A stretch of 64,000 nt of DNA from an uncultured virus (IMG/VR IMGVR_UViG_3300041405_000400) (IMGVR_UViG_3300041405_000400), one strand, 5' to 3'. Positions 1 to 10,097 are shown, counted from the stretch's first letter. Made by a program: numbers and translations. Notes: a model not told the origin generated them from the letters alone.

Positions 1-228
1 ATGCCTACTATGGGAAAAACCAAAATCGTTCCGTACCAGCCCTACTACTCCTCGGGCGGCAACACCGTCGTCGAAAAGTGGGAGGAGCCTGCCATGACCC
101 GCGACGGGTTGCGTCAGATGCTGACATGGGTTCGTTACCAGGACAAAAAAGGCAAACTGGCAGAGACAGTTGCACAGGTAGTCTGGATCGATCAGCCCTT
201 CGCTGACGCCCACAAACGATATCAATAA
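1..228 (+). CDS. hypothetical protein (may be 5'-truncated by the window edge)
   Basis: ORF at the window start, co-directional with the next gene; no recognised motif. Confidence 0.5.
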   Translation: MPTMGKTKIVPYQPYYSSGGNTVVEKWEEPAMTRDGLRQMLTWVRYQDKKGKLAETVAQVVWIDQPFADAHKRYQ

Positions 229-247
229 TTCAAGGAGTTTTCCTGCT

Positions 248-709
248 ATGAAAAAAAGTCTGATGAGCGCCCTGCTGCTGGGCTCGGTTTTGGCGCTTGG
301 TGGGTGCATGACCAACCAATCCGGCAATGTCTATTCCCGTGAGGATGCCCGGCGTGTGCAAACCGTGAACATGGGCACAATCGTGGGTCTGCGCCCTGTC
401 CAGATCGAGGGCACAAAAAGCCTGATCGGTGTCGGTGCTGGTGCGCTCATTGGTGGTATCGCCGGTAGCACCATGGGTGGTGGGCGTGGCACCTACCTCA
501 CGGCCATCGCAGGCGCCCTGGCCGGTGGCTACGTTGGATCGAAAGCTGAGGAAGGCCTGACCAATGCCAACGGCGTTGAGATCACTGTGCGCGAAGACAG
601 CGGCTACACCCGAGCTTACGTTCAGGAAGTCGGCGAGCGTGAGCTGTTTCGAAACGGCGACCGCGTACGCATCATGACGGTGAATGGCCAAAGCCGCGTC
701 AGCTTGTAA
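248..709 (+). CDS. slyB: SlyB/Pcp-like outer-membrane lipoprotein (glycine zipper 2TM)
   Basis: AAGGAG RBS, lipobox LGGC, VYSREDARRVQTV motif, glycine zipper, GVEITVREDSG...GDRVRI C-terminus. Confidence 0.9.
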   Translation: MKKSLMSALLLGSVLALGGCMTNQSGNVYSREDARRVQTVNMGTIVGLRPVQIEGTKSLIGVGAGALIGGIAGSTMGGGRGTYLTAIAGALAGGYVGSKAEEGLTNANGVEITVREDSGYTRAYVQEVGERELFRNGDRVRIMTVNGQSRVSL

Positions 710-796
710 TCCTTTGTTGTTTGCATAGCACGCCAACAGGCGTGCTATTTATTTTCAATTATTGGGCAGGTGCTTCGCGCTGCCGGGTTTTGTCAG

Positions 797-1039
797 ATGA
801 AAGTAAAAATCAAGGATTTGTCGGGATTTCAGTGCAACGTGTTCGGGGCTGATTGTTTCCTTGAGTACTGGCCAGAAATCAAGACAACCGGCATCGAAGT
901 GCAGCTTTTCCCAGCCTGGGGGAATACGGAGCATTATTACGTCATGCGCGATGGCAAAAAGGTAAATGACACTGCATTCTTTAGTTTGAAAGAAATGCAG
1001 TATCTGGAAGAGGTCGTGGAAATATCTTCTGCGCACTAA
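797..1039 (+). CDS. hypothetical protein
   Basis: ATG at 797 within track ORF 770..1039; protein-like composition. Confidence 0.6.
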   Translation: MKVKIKDLSGFQCNVFGADCFLEYWPEIKTTGIEVQLFPAWGNTEHYYVMRDGKKVNDTAFFSLKEMQYLEEVVEISSAH

Positions 1040-1083
1040 TGCTCTGATTTGAGGTAAAATAGAAATAAACAACAGGAGTTAAA

Positions 1084-1626
1084 ATGACTATTGCCCTCAA
1101 GAAAAAGCTAAAAGAAATGTTCGCGTCTGAAGAATCCATCGGAATCCAGCAGCTTGATTTCAGTACCGGTGAAACAGAGGAAGAATTCAATAAAAGGGGT
1201 CATGGGCGCCCCTTTGAAGACATCGCCACACTCCCGAATGGATTCGGTATGGGAAATTGTGGATACTGCGCTGATTATGTTATCAAAGCACTCGGCGAAG
1301 GCTACCGTTACGGGTTTCACTGCGAAGATAATCCAGTCTCAGAAAGAGAAATAGAAGGCGTCGGCGGACATGATTTCGCTGTCATTCAGGGGCGATACAT
1401 CGTCGATATTTGGATCAGTCTTTATGTTGGAGCAACCGAACAGGTTGTTTATGACATGCGCGACAAGGCGGATGAAAAAGCCATTACGCATATATTTGGT
1501 GACCCAAACAAATGGTCTGTATATGATCACGTAAACAAGAGAGCCTACGAGGCCAAAGATGTTCCTGAGAACTTGAAACTGTCTCTTGGAAGGCCGTCGC
1601 AGGCGCAAGGGCTTAGCATGTCATGA
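1084..1626 (+). CDS. hypothetical protein (Cys/His/Asp arrangement NCGYCA...GHDF...VDIW)
   Basis: CAGGAG RBS, 180 aa. Confidence 0.75.
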   Translation: MTIALKKKLKEMFASEESIGIQQLDFSTGETEEEFNKRGHGRPFEDIATLPNGFGMGNCGYCADYVIKALGEGYRYGFHCEDNPVSEREIEGVGGHDFAVIQGRYIVDIWISLYVGATEQVVYDMRDKADEKAITHIFGDPNKWSVYDHVNKRAYEAKDVPENLKLSLGRPSQAQGLSMS

Positions 1627-1643
1627 GTGTATAAGGAAGTTGT

Positions 1644-2273
1644 ATGAACGATAAGCTGAAACATTGGATCGAGTCCGGTATGCACCTTCCAAAAGTCATG
1701 CGGTCGCCAGAGAGCAGGTTGCTGGCGTCAAGCATGATATTTGAGGTCACGAAGGACATTAGTGAAAAACATCTCATCGCCCTCACTGAAGAGATGGCTT
1801 ACCGTTATATATTCGAGTGTTTTTTGCCCTTCATGGCGGAACATGGGTATGTCATCAGGCGCAGCAGGTTGGACATGCCCTTTCAGGATTTGCAAAGCGA
1901 AATGGCGGCGTTCAAGCGTCAAGACTATAGAAACTGCATGAAGCCCATGGATGGTCGGGTCGAACGCTGGCGCAAGAAATACACCTTCATGCCGTCCGAG
2001 TTCCTGGAGTTTCATGAGCAAAAAGATCTGCTAAAGGCGCTGTTCGACACCCGCGTGCCATCAATATCCGAAGCGCTCAATATCAACATCATCCAAGGCC
2101 ACTGCTACCTCTTCGATTGCTTTTTGTGGGTGCTTGCCCGGTTTGGTCTGGTGCTGCAACGGAGTCGTTCGCCGCAGGATTTTGCCGATCTTGGTGCGCT
2201 CATCAATGCAAACACAAAACGTCGCGATGATTTTTTTACAGCAATACTCATGCGCAGCGCTGAAACCAAATAA
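1644..2273 (+). CDS. hypothetical protein with an internally duplicated domain
   Basis: AAGGA RBS; two similar halves. Confidence 0.8.
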   Translation: MNDKLKHWIESGMHLPKVMRSPESRLLASSMIFEVTKDISEKHLIALTEEMAYRYIFECFLPFMAEHGYVIRRSRLDMPFQDLQSEMAAFKRQDYRNCMKPMDGRVERWRKKYTFMPSEFLEFHEQKDLLKALFDTRVPSISEALNINIIQGHCYLFDCFLWVLARFGLVLQRSRSPQDFADLGALINANTKRRDDFFTAILMRSAETK

Positions 2274-2310
2274 CCGCCGCTCCCTATTACCATCAGACGA
2301 CATTGAAGTT

Positions 2311-2658
2311 TCAGGGCTGCTTTGCAATGCGTTCAAGCACTCTGATTACCTGATTTGCCGCCGCATTCGGGCGTTTGTGCCCCGTTGCTTCATAAACACC
2401 GGACAAATGCGAGCGCATTTGCTCTTTCCACCAGTCGGCGGTTCCTGGTTCTCTGCTGCTGTTTATTTCCGGTAGCTGTTCATCAGGAGGAAGGAATGGT
2501 TGTGTCTGTCCACTGCCATTGCAGGATTTGCAGGCAATTTTTTCAGCCGAGTTAAGCTCGATCCTACTGCCATCACAGCGTTCGCATCGCCCTAGGCCGT
2601 CTTCCCAGTCTTCTAGACTGTGTGGATAGTCGGAGGGGGGTGGTATTTCTTTTTCCAT
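2311..2658 (-). CDS. small protein with DnaJ-like CxxCxG zinc-finger motifs
   Basis: CERCDG and CKSCNGSG. Confidence 0.6.
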   Translation of the reverse strand: MEKEIPPPSDYPHSLEDWEDGLGRCERCDGSRIELNSAEKIACKSCNGSGQTQPFLPPDEQLPEINSSREPGTADWWKEQMRSHLSGVYEATGHKRPNAAANQVIRVLERIAKQP

Positions 2659-2742
2659 GATCAGTCCTTTGGGATTTAGTGAGTCCTCTGTTGATCTATT
2701 ATGAGGGTCGCTCACTAAATAAGCCACATGCGACTCTTTGGC

Positions 2743-3267
2743 TTATATAAGGCGAAGTTGACGCAGCCGCATGCTGGCGGCGGCATTGGACACCACAAAT
2801 GTCTCACTGAGGTCTTGCACTTGCTTGATTACCGGGAAAAAAATTCTCATCCAGAATTCTGGCATCAGCAGCGCCAGTGCAAAATCACAGGCTGCTGCGT
2901 CTTCTTCACTGCCTTTATCGGAAAAAACGCTGGCAGTAATTTCTGAGCCCGGCTTATTCACATGGCCCAGCAAAACGTGCCCCAGGGAAAAAGCCATTGC
3001 GAAATTTTGGCGGTAAATAATTTCATCTGGATGGTATTCACAAACGAACTCACCACACTCCTGATCGAAGTAAGCCCGAGCGCTGAGAGTTTTGGCGTTT
3101 TCTGCATTCAAGGGCTGGTACTTGATGCTGATCTTTTTGGTGCTGCCATCGCCCTCAGCCCGCTTAATGACCAACTGACTGGCAATCCAGAAAGGGCTAA
3201 AGGGCGGATCGATGCGTCCGATAAGAGCGTGGGCCTCTTTCGCCATATTGACAGCTTTTCTGTTCAT
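2743..3267 (-). CDS. ImmA/IrrE (DUF955)-family protein with a degenerate HExxH
   Basis: RQNFAMAFSLGHVLLGH and EEDAAACDFALALLMP match the family motifs RxRFTxAHELGH and ExxAxxFAxxLLMP. Confidence 0.8.
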   Translation of the reverse strand: MNRKAVNMAKEAHALIGRIDPPFSPFWIASQLVIKRAEGDGSTKKISIKYQPLNAENAKTLSARAYFDQECGEFVCEYHPDEIIYRQNFAMAFSLGHVLLGHVNKPGSEITASVFSDKGSEEDAAACDFALALLMPEFWMRIFFPVIKQVQDLSETFVVSNAAASMRLRQLRLI

Positions 3268-3357
3268 CGTTTCGAGTCTCAAATTATGTACTGATCATAC
3301 ACAGATAAGGCACTAAAGTCAATTACAGTGACAATTTTAGCGACTGATGGAGGAACA

Positions 3358-3385
3358 AAAATCCCGGCGATTGCCGGGATCTTTT
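3358..3385. terminator. intrinsic terminator hairpin
   Basis: AAAATCCCGGC GATT GCCGGGATCTTTT. Confidence 0.7.
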
Positions 3386-3397
3386 AAGTCGTCAGCG

Positions 3398-3625
3398 TTA
3401 GTCGTCGGCAAGCCATTTCCAGAGGCCGTAGACAATCCCGCCGACCGCCAGAGGTGCAGCCGCCACCACGCCAATCCCGGCAGCCATGCTGCCGCAACCA
3501 ATCGTTGCCAGGGTGCCGGTCATCGCGGCTGCGCTGGAACCGGCTGCCGCTACGCCGATGCCTGCCACGGTTCCGGTCGCACCAACTGCACCGGCCTTTT
3601 TAGCATTGTCGTCAGATTCACTCAT
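3398..3625 (-). CDS. small Gly/Ala-rich membrane protein
   Basis: AGGAG RBS, hydrophobic glycine-zipper-like sequence. Confidence 0.75.
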   Translation of the reverse strand: MSESDDNAKKAGAVGATGTVAGIGVAAAGSSAAAMTGTLATIGCGSMAAGIGVVAAAPLAVGGIVYGLWKWLADD

Positions 3626-3736
3626 GTTGTTACTCCTGTTGTGGGTCGTGTCTGCATCCATGATTCTAGGCCTGAAAAACAAATTGTCAAAACGCAAGAA
3701 CGGGAACATAATTTAGACAAATCATTAGGAGGTTGT

Positions 3737-4003
3737 ATGGCAGAGATTGATGTTTTGATGGCAAAAGCCAAAGGTTTGAGGAAGGCTGGAATGCCAATGA
3801 ATGCCATTACCAAAATGCTGGGACAGGCCAATGGTGATTCATTGTTGGCCATGGGGCTCTATGAAGCGCAAGGTTGCGCAGTAAACGTTCGAGGTGGGCC
3901 TGAGGTTCGGTCAGCATGGGACATGAGCTATGCGAAGAGCTGGGCATCAATGTTCGAGTTGGATGAGAACTATGAATTCGTGCGTAAACCGGAATCGGAT
4001 TAA
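3737..4003 (+). CDS. hypothetical protein
   Basis: AGGAGG RBS before ATG 3737. Confidence 0.75.
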   Translation: MAEIDVLMAKAKGLRKAGMPMNAITKMLGQANGDSLLAMGLYEAQGCAVNVRGGPEVRSAWDMSYAKSWASMFELDENYEFVRKPESD

Positions 4004-4033
4004 GCACGAATCCATAGTTCATGGCAGCAGCCA

Positions 4034-4306
4034 TCAATACATGCAGATGCTTCCATCTCGGGTATAGCCGGTGCCATGATCTTCGATTCGTTCATCATGG
4101 AGAAATTGTTTAGGATCAATCTCGGCACCATCCCAAATTTTGTCCCAATCGTGATCGGCCAGTGTCCAATTTTTGTAAATATACAGCGTGTTACCCATGT
4201 GCTTATCGGTACTGGAGTACCGGTCACGGGAGATGTATTTATTCCCCTGTTGAGTCTCCCGGAGTTCAAAAATGGAGTATCGACCATCATCGACTTCCGT
4301 GGACAT
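4034..4306 (-). CDS. hypothetical protein
   Basis: ORF in a minus-strand operon; start uncertain. Confidence 0.6.
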   Translation of the reverse strand: MSTEVDDGRYSIFELRETQQGNKYISRDRYSSTDKHMGNTLYIYKNWTLADHDWDKIWDGAEIDPKQFLHDERIEDHGTGYTRDGSICMY

Positions 4307-4358
4307 TTGTTTTTTGCTGCCTTTCACGACAAAGTTCGGTTCCATATACCCAAACATA

Positions 4359-5087
4359 TTATCTATCCTCAAAAGCCATTTTGAAATTTCTACCACTGTT
4401 TGTGCAGGTCATGGTGAACTTTACGCGCTGAAGGAACACATTTCCCTCATCGGTACGAAGCTCAAACTCAGGGCGCTCTACCTCAGAACCAAAAAACTCA
4501 TAACACAGATCGTTGATCTTTTTGATGTTTCGATCAGTATAGAGGAGATAGTTGGATTCACGGCTACCACTTCTTTCGGTTAGCGAGGTGTCGAATTCGG
4601 ATTTGAATTTAGCCAGACGCTCAGCGTGTTTGGCGTTAGCTTTATTCAGCTCTTCTTCATTTTTGTAATACATCAGGCTGCTGGTGTGCTTCTCATCCTG
4701 GGAATAAAATTTAATCTCGCATTGCAAGTACCCTGAAGCTTGCAGCTTAACATTGACCCATAGTCCACGAGCTTCAAGAAGCTCATTAAGCTGCTGTTCC
4801 TTCAGGCCAACATAATGAGCGATCACTTCGAAATTGATGTCATCACGCTCACCCAGCTTTGCTTCCAGTTCACGAACCTGCCCGTTCAGGCGTCGAATTT
4901 TGATAGTTTCATCGGGCGTATAGCCCAGATCCGACAACAGTGACTGATTACTGCTGTGCTGCATTTTCAGCAAGTCGATAATCGAGTCCGCATCTCGTTT
5001 ACCCTCATAATGCCTTTTAACGAGTGAAAACATTAGGCCGAGGTTTTCCAAGTAACGTTTGATGTTTGCTTCGACTACCGTGTCCAT
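4359..5087 (-). CDS. hypothetical protein
   Basis: 242-aa ORF abutting the upstream gene. Confidence 0.8.
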   Translation of the reverse strand: MDTVVEANIKRYLENLGLMFSLVKRHYEGKRDADSIIDLLKMQHSSNQSLLSDLGYTPDETIKIRRLNGQVRELEAKLGERDDINFEVIAHYVGLKEQQLNELLEARGLWVNVKLQASGYLQCEIKFYSQDEKHTSSLMYYKNEEELNKANAKHAERLAKFKSEFDTSLTERSGSRESNYLLYTDRNIKKINDLCYEFFGSEVERPEFELRTDEGNVFLQRVKFTMTCTNSGRNFKMAFEDR

Positions 5088-5089
5088 AT

Positions 5090-5767
5090 TTATACCCTGA
5101 TCTCAATGTGGCCGTGAATGTTGAAGGCTACTGTGTCATGACAAACTACGATGTCTCTAACGCGGTGTTTTTTGGGATAGGTCGCCAGCATGTCCGCGAC
5201 TTTATTGCCATGATGGGTTTGTAGAAAATAGTGGCGCACCAAATAAAGTTTGTAGCCACCCTCGATAGGCCTGATGTCTTTAACTTTATAATCATGATCA
5301 CGAGGCCGAAAATTAAAACTTCGCTCTTTTTCTAGCGCTTTCAGCTGTTCCACAATGTTGGCAACAAAGCCATGCGTGCTCTCGTTGAAATCAGTAAGGT
5401 TTTCCTTGATCAAATCTCGATTAAACAGCGGTTTAAAGTAATAGTTGAGATACACATTGCGGACATTGCCTTCGTCGATGTCGATTTTATCAACATAAAC
5501 GTCGATGTCACCCGAAGGAATTGGCAATTTCTGTTCACTCATAAGGCCATGAACAAGTGTCTCGCGATTATCGGTTAGATAATTCAGCGCATACTCAACA
5601 TTGGTCGGTGATGCAGGATAATAATACTCTTCACGCCTTTTGTAGCAACGAGTCAAAAGATGATCGTAGAACGCCTTTTCCGCTTCACCGCACAGAAGCA
5701 TGCCCATATCCATGCTTCCAAAACAGAATTTCCACTCTATTTCACCGTTTCCATACACAATGGACAT
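5090..5767 (-). CDS. hypothetical protein
   Basis: 225-aa ORF with AAGGGA RBS. Confidence 0.8.
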   Translation of the reverse strand: MSIVYGNGEIEWKFCFGSMDMGMLLCGEAEKAFYDHLLTRCYKRREEYYYPASPTNVEYALNYLTDNRETLVHGLMSEQKLPIPSGDIDVYVDKIDIDEGNVRNVYLNYYFKPLFNRDLIKENLTDFNESTHGFVANIVEQLKALEKERSFNFRPRDHDYKVKDIRPIEGGYKLYLVRHYFLQTHHGNKVADMLATYPKKHRVRDIVVCHDTVAFNIHGHIEIRV

Positions 5768-5795
5768 ATCGATCCCTTTATCAGTGCGCGGTTAA

Positions 5796-6032
5796 TTACG
5801 CATTCAGCATGTATGACACGTAAAAGGCCACGCCTCCCGCTGTGCCCATGAGCCCTAGGCCGATGTAACGCCACATTGGCCATTCGTTCAGCAGTGGCGC
5901 TGAGGATTTCGCAGGGCTACCGGATCTGACCCACATTTTCTGAATCGAACCGCTATACCAAAAGCACATGGCTGATGCGATAAACAGCGTGACTCCACAG
6001 ATTATTGCCATAGCAAAACTGGTCTGAGACAT
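5796..6032 (-). CDS. small two-TM membrane protein
   Basis: AGGAG RBS, two hydrophobic segments, upstream TTGACA..TATAAT promoter. Confidence 0.7.
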   Translation of the reverse strand: MSQTSFAMAIICGVTLFIASAMCFWYSGSIQKMWVRSGSPAKSSAPLLNEWPMWRYIGLGLMGTAGGVAFYVSYMLNA

Positions 6033-6475
6033 GATGACTCCTGAATGGTGGGAGCCAAAAGCCCCATCAATTAATAAGTCAATATTATATAAATTCCAAC
6101 ATCCATTGTCAATTACGCATAACAATACAGCGGTGCGATAATGAGGGGTCTGGAGACGGGGGTGAAGGGAGAGGAAGCCTCACCCGGCTGGCCACCTTCG
6201 GGCGATTAAATCGCCGGTCTGCGTTTAACGTCAGACATGTGCTCGGGTCATGGGACAGTAGGTTTGCATTCAATGTAATGTTTGCGTAACACCGATACCA
6301 GGATGTCACGTATACCGAACGTTGATCAGTACTCGCTTCGCGAAAATGTCCCAGCCGGGCGGCGTCCTCCTCTTTTCCTTGCACCCTTATGTGTACGATG
6401 CAAGAAGGCATGCCTGCCATGTGATATACATCCGCCGTCCGATTAAGAGCGGCGGATTATTCTCCAATGGATGAA

Positions 6476-7753
6476 TCAGTCGTCAAACTCGATTTCTTCA
6501 GTTTTTCTCAGATTCAGGCGCGCCTGGATATTCACAATGATAAGTTGATCGGGGTCTTTCCTCATTCTGGCCAATTTGAGGGCTTCGAAGCTTGCGAAAT
6601 CCGCACCGCTTGGATCATTATCGATATAGAGAGTCATGTCCGAAAGAATCAGAAAACGCGGATCGAGGCTGGTGATCTTCTTTTCTCGCAATTTTTCGAG
6701 CTTGGACAGGTGGAGTTCATTCAGTTCGAAGCCCGGCCCCATGAGTTCAGCGAATCGGTCGCGGATGTCGTAAATCGCATGGTCAATACAGGTATGCAGG
6801 TTTTCTGATGGCAAGACGCCCTTAATCAGGTAGCCATCGTCCAATACATTCAGTTTTTTTCGCAGATAGCCAACCGGCATGCCGAATTTGCCGTAACCGG
6901 TCAAACCGTCTTGGGGGGCCATGACCCCGATAATTTCACGTAGCTCGGCTTCGTTGAGTTTGACGTTCGTTTGCAGGGCTTTAATGTTCTTCTTGATTGC
7001 CGCATCCACGTCAACCAACTCTTGACCGGAGCGGACACGGAACTCGGCCAAAACGGTCATCTGGCAGCAGCGAAGTTTCGAATTCCTGTAGTCATTTGGC
7101 ACGCATACCACATCACGAGGGTGAACCTTTACAAGCACCAGACGGCTGCGGGAATCGCCACCAAAAAAACCATTCGCCAGATACCCCACCGTGCAGACGT
7201 GGAGGCCTTCTGAGCAAGTTTGCTCTGGATCGCTGCAAACATCTTCCCGTGGCATTGATGCAATTGCTCCAGGCTCGTAGAGGACGGTCTGGCTGTAGTG
7301 ATCATAGAAGTCTTTACGCACAGTTTTGTACGCCAGCATGTAACCGTCATCAGTGATTGGCAGCGCGTTGTTTTCAATGAAGCCGTACAGCTCATTGACG
7401 GCCCGCTGATCCGGGTTTTGTTTCAGGTTTTCCATGAATCTCAGAAATTTGGACGGATCTTCATTACGGGCGATCATTTCTGTAATTTTATCGCGCAGTA
7501 CGCTGTGCAATTCCTCACCGTCAAAAATCAGTGCGCCATCATCAACGCTCATGCGACCATTTTGTTGGGCGCAGAAAGCGCGGATAGGGTCAATAAGCGC
7601 CTGCACTTGAGCTACATCATCTTTTTTCAGAGCGAGGACGATTTCTGGGAATTTTGGATGATCTTTTCGCACCATGCATGGGCGTGCTTCGCCTGGAAGC
7701 ATCATGGAGACAACATCAGCGCGGATTACAAAAGAAATATTGGTGTTCGTCAT
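6476..7753 (-). CDS. rIIB: rIIB-like protein
   Basis: FMENLKQNP...ELYGF...LPITDDGYMLAYKTV, MPREDV...TCSEGLHVC, VKVHPRDVVCVPNDY; lies directly downstream of rIIA. Confidence 0.88.
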   Translation of the reverse strand: MTNTNISFVIRADVVSMMLPGEARPCMVRKDHPKFPEIVLALKKDDVAQVQALIDPIRAFCAQQNGRMSVDDGALIFDGEELHSVLRDKITEMIARNEDPSKFLRFMENLKQNPDQRAVNELYGFIENNALPITDDGYMLAYKTVRKDFYDHYSQTVLYEPGAIASMPREDVCSDPEQTCSEGLHVCTVGYLANGFFGGDSRSRLVLVKVHPRDVVCVPNDYRNSKLRCCQMTVLAEFRVRSGQELVDVDAAIKKNIKALQTNVKLNEAELREIIGVMAPQDGLTGYGKFGMPVGYLRKKLNVLDDGYLIKGVLPSENLHTCIDHAIYDIRDRFAELMGPGFELNELHLSKLEKLREKKITSLDPRFLILSDMTLYIDNDPSGADFASFEALKLARMRKDPDQLIIVNIQARLNLRKTEEIEFDD

Positions 7754-7784
7754 TTGATCTGCCTGTGAAATAGGTGGGTTGCCT

Positions 7785-10097
7785 TCAGGCAGCCTTTGAA
7801 GTTGTGAAATTAATGTCGTTTTTTTGAGCCTTAACCATCATTACCATCGCGATATAATTTCGAACCATGGCCTTGCGCTCATCTGTGCCCGTGTTGACCT
7901 TGTTAATCTCAGGATGCATCTGACTCAGCATTGGATAGTCATTCAGCATGGCTTTCAAGGGGTTCATGCGCGCCTTCAGGCGGTTGATCCGGTTGGTTGC
8001 TTGGATCGTCGCTTTTTTATTTTGTGTCCAAAACGACGAGCCTTCACTGATGTGCGATCTCGCATCATTGCATTTGTTTCTGATGGCTCCAAGCCGTTCA
8101 GCCGCTTTGAACTTCCACGCTTGGGCGCCGAACAGGTCAGCACTCATCGCTTTGAGCTTGATGTGGTGCTCAATTCTCAAATCGCCCAATTTGTAATTGT
8201 GACCAATCATTTGCTTGGCCATGGTGCGCACCATGGTTTTGTTCAATGGATGGCTTGGGTCATCACCAATGCTCTTGAGGACTGTATTGATGTCTACCAA
8301 ACAGATGAAGTCTGACAAAACATCGAGGGTTTTCTTTTCGAGTGCGATGAGCCCCGAAAAGCCTTCAGTGTTTCGGATCTTGGGCAAAAAACCAAGGGTT
8401 GTGGCGACTTCCATCACAATAGCGCACGGTGATTCCCATTTGCTGTTGCTTCTCTTGAGGAAATAATAAACAGGTTCTGCATTCTCAGTGGCACTTTTGA
8501 GCACGTCATACAAATCTGCGGGCTTTATTTCTGTGACATTGCTGATCGAATAGCGTGAGCTGTACACCTTTTTCACCCGTTCCAACAATGGCACTGCCTG
8601 GGCCTTGTCAATCATGCGCTTGTGTTCGGCGCGTGCTTGATCTGCCAGAACTTGAATCAGCTCTTCAGTCAGTAGCGGAGGGTTTCCTAGCTGACGAATA
8701 ATGTCTTTTGCAGAATCCATTGTAATGGGTTTTCCGCGATCTCCTTCGATGACGAGCAAAATGCAGTCTTTTGCGTACATATAAGTATTAAGTAGATCGC
8801 GGTTAAGCTTGCGATTAGTTTTAACCAATACATGCAAACGGGACCTGGGCGTAATTTGTGAAAAAACGGCTTTACGGGAACCGGGTTTGACTGGCTCTTC
8901 AAATCTTACAGTCATTAGGCGCATTTCTTTCTTTTCAACGTAAAGCTGTTTGATTTCCAAATTACCGAGTTTAAGGTCTTTGAAGTCAAAATGTGTTTGC
9001 TGGATCGTATCCAAGCCAAGCATCATCAACAAATCGCCAGCCATCTGGTCGTTGATATGCTGCATCAATTGCCAGTCGGTCATGTCAGTGCTGACACGTT
9101 CGAGCTTTTTCTTCACGAATTTGACGATTTCGCGCATGCGTCGTTCGATAGCACGGCACGTCAATTCAGTGTATTGCAGCTTCTCGCGGCCTGTATCGAG
9201 GTTCACCGGGGTTTTGCTGATATCCAATTCGATGACCAAGCCTTGTAGGCGCTTGATGTTCAGATCGCCCAGCGTATAGCTGTTTTGAGCTGCCATGGTC
9301 TCAAAATCGAGTGGATAGCTGACGCCACCAATCACAACGCTATTATGGTTGATATGGTTGTAGGCATCCGAAAAGGTTTCTTTACTGCTGTTGTTCGAAA
9401 CTTGCAGGTATTTCCAGCCTTTTCCGGAATGCTTCACCAGTTTATTCAGACGTCCTCGCAAAGCCAAGACTTTATCGGAGATGTCTTTGCCGATGAACAC
9501 AGGAATGGAGGCGGTGTGCTGGTACAGCTTAATGGCCTCGGTCTCAAAGGTTTCAATGTCGGCAATTTCAACCGGGACGTTCACAATGACGCCATTGGCG
9601 TGATCAGTCGGTCCTTCCGCCAGCTGGGTCATGTGGGGGTAATTCGCCTCATCTTTGTAGCATTGGTAGAGGCAGCGCTGGCCATCCTTGAAGGCTTCTA
9701 CGGTAAACATACTTGAATAGGAAAATGGCGACTTGCTGCCTACTCCAAAAAAGCCGTTGTTCTCTTTGCGTTCTGCCGACAGAGACATGAAAAAATTGCC
9801 AATGAGGTTTTCGACCTCTGTCCAGAACAGGCCAATCCCTGAGTCTTCTATGATCAGATAGGGTTCTGCGTGCGTGGGCAAATGCACATGAATCGGCTCA
9901 AGGGGTTTGCCAGCATCAATGTGTGAATCCAATGCGTTGGTCGATAGCTCGCGAAGCACGGCTTCCTGGCGACGATGGTGCGAGTAGATGTTGGAAGACA
10001 ACACATGAGCAGCCATGGCGACGTTCGAGAAACCGTAAGCTACCCCCTCTCCCATGTTGCTGCGCTGCACTTCAACGGCTTTTGGATTGATCTGCAT
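7785..10097 (-). CDS. rIIA: rIIA-like protein (N-terminal GHKL/Hsp90-type ATPase)
   Basis: LSSNIYS...AVLRELSTNALDSH, IEDSGIGL, GFFGVGSKSPFSYS, GREKLQY. Confidence 0.88.
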   Translation of the reverse strand: MQINPKAVEVQRSNMGEGVAYGFSNVAMAAHVLSSNIYSHHRRQEAVLRELSTNALDSHIDAGKPLEPIHVHLPTHAEPYLIIEDSGIGLFWTEVENLIGNFFMSLSAERKENNGFFGVGSKSPFSYSSMFTVEAFKDGQRCLYQCYKDEANYPHMTQLAEGPTDHANGVIVNVPVEIADIETFETEAIKLYQHTASIPVFIGKDISDKVLALRGRLNKLVKHSGKGWKYLQVSNNSSKETFSDAYNHINHNSVVIGGVSYPLDFETMAAQNSYTLGDLNIKRLQGLVIELDISKTPVNLDTGREKLQYTELTCRAIERRMREIVKFVKKKLERVSTDMTDWQLMQHINDQMAGDLLMMLGLDTIQQTHFDFKDLKLGNLEIKQLYVEKKEMRLMTVRFEEPVKPGSRKAVFSQITPRSRLHVLVKTNRKLNRDLLNTYMYAKDCILLVIEGDRGKPITMDSAKDIIRQLGNPPLLTEELIQVLADQARAEHKRMIDKAQAVPLLERVKKVYSSRYSISNVTEIKPADLYDVLKSATENAEPVYYFLKRSNSKWESPCAIVMEVATTLGFLPKIRNTEGFSGLIALEKKTLDVLSDFICLVDINTVLKSIGDDPSHPLNKTMVRTMAKQMIGHNYKLGDLRIEHHIKLKAMSADLFGAQAWKFKAAERLGAIRNKCNDARSHISEGSSFWTQNKKATIQATNRINRLKARMNPLKAMLNDYPMLSQMHPEINKVNTGTDERKAMVRNYIAMVMMVKAQKNDINFTTSKAA

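Noticed and set aside
3347..3736. N-terminal extension of ORF 3347..4003
   Set aside because: Antisense to the 3398..3625 gene; a strong RBS supports the start at 3737
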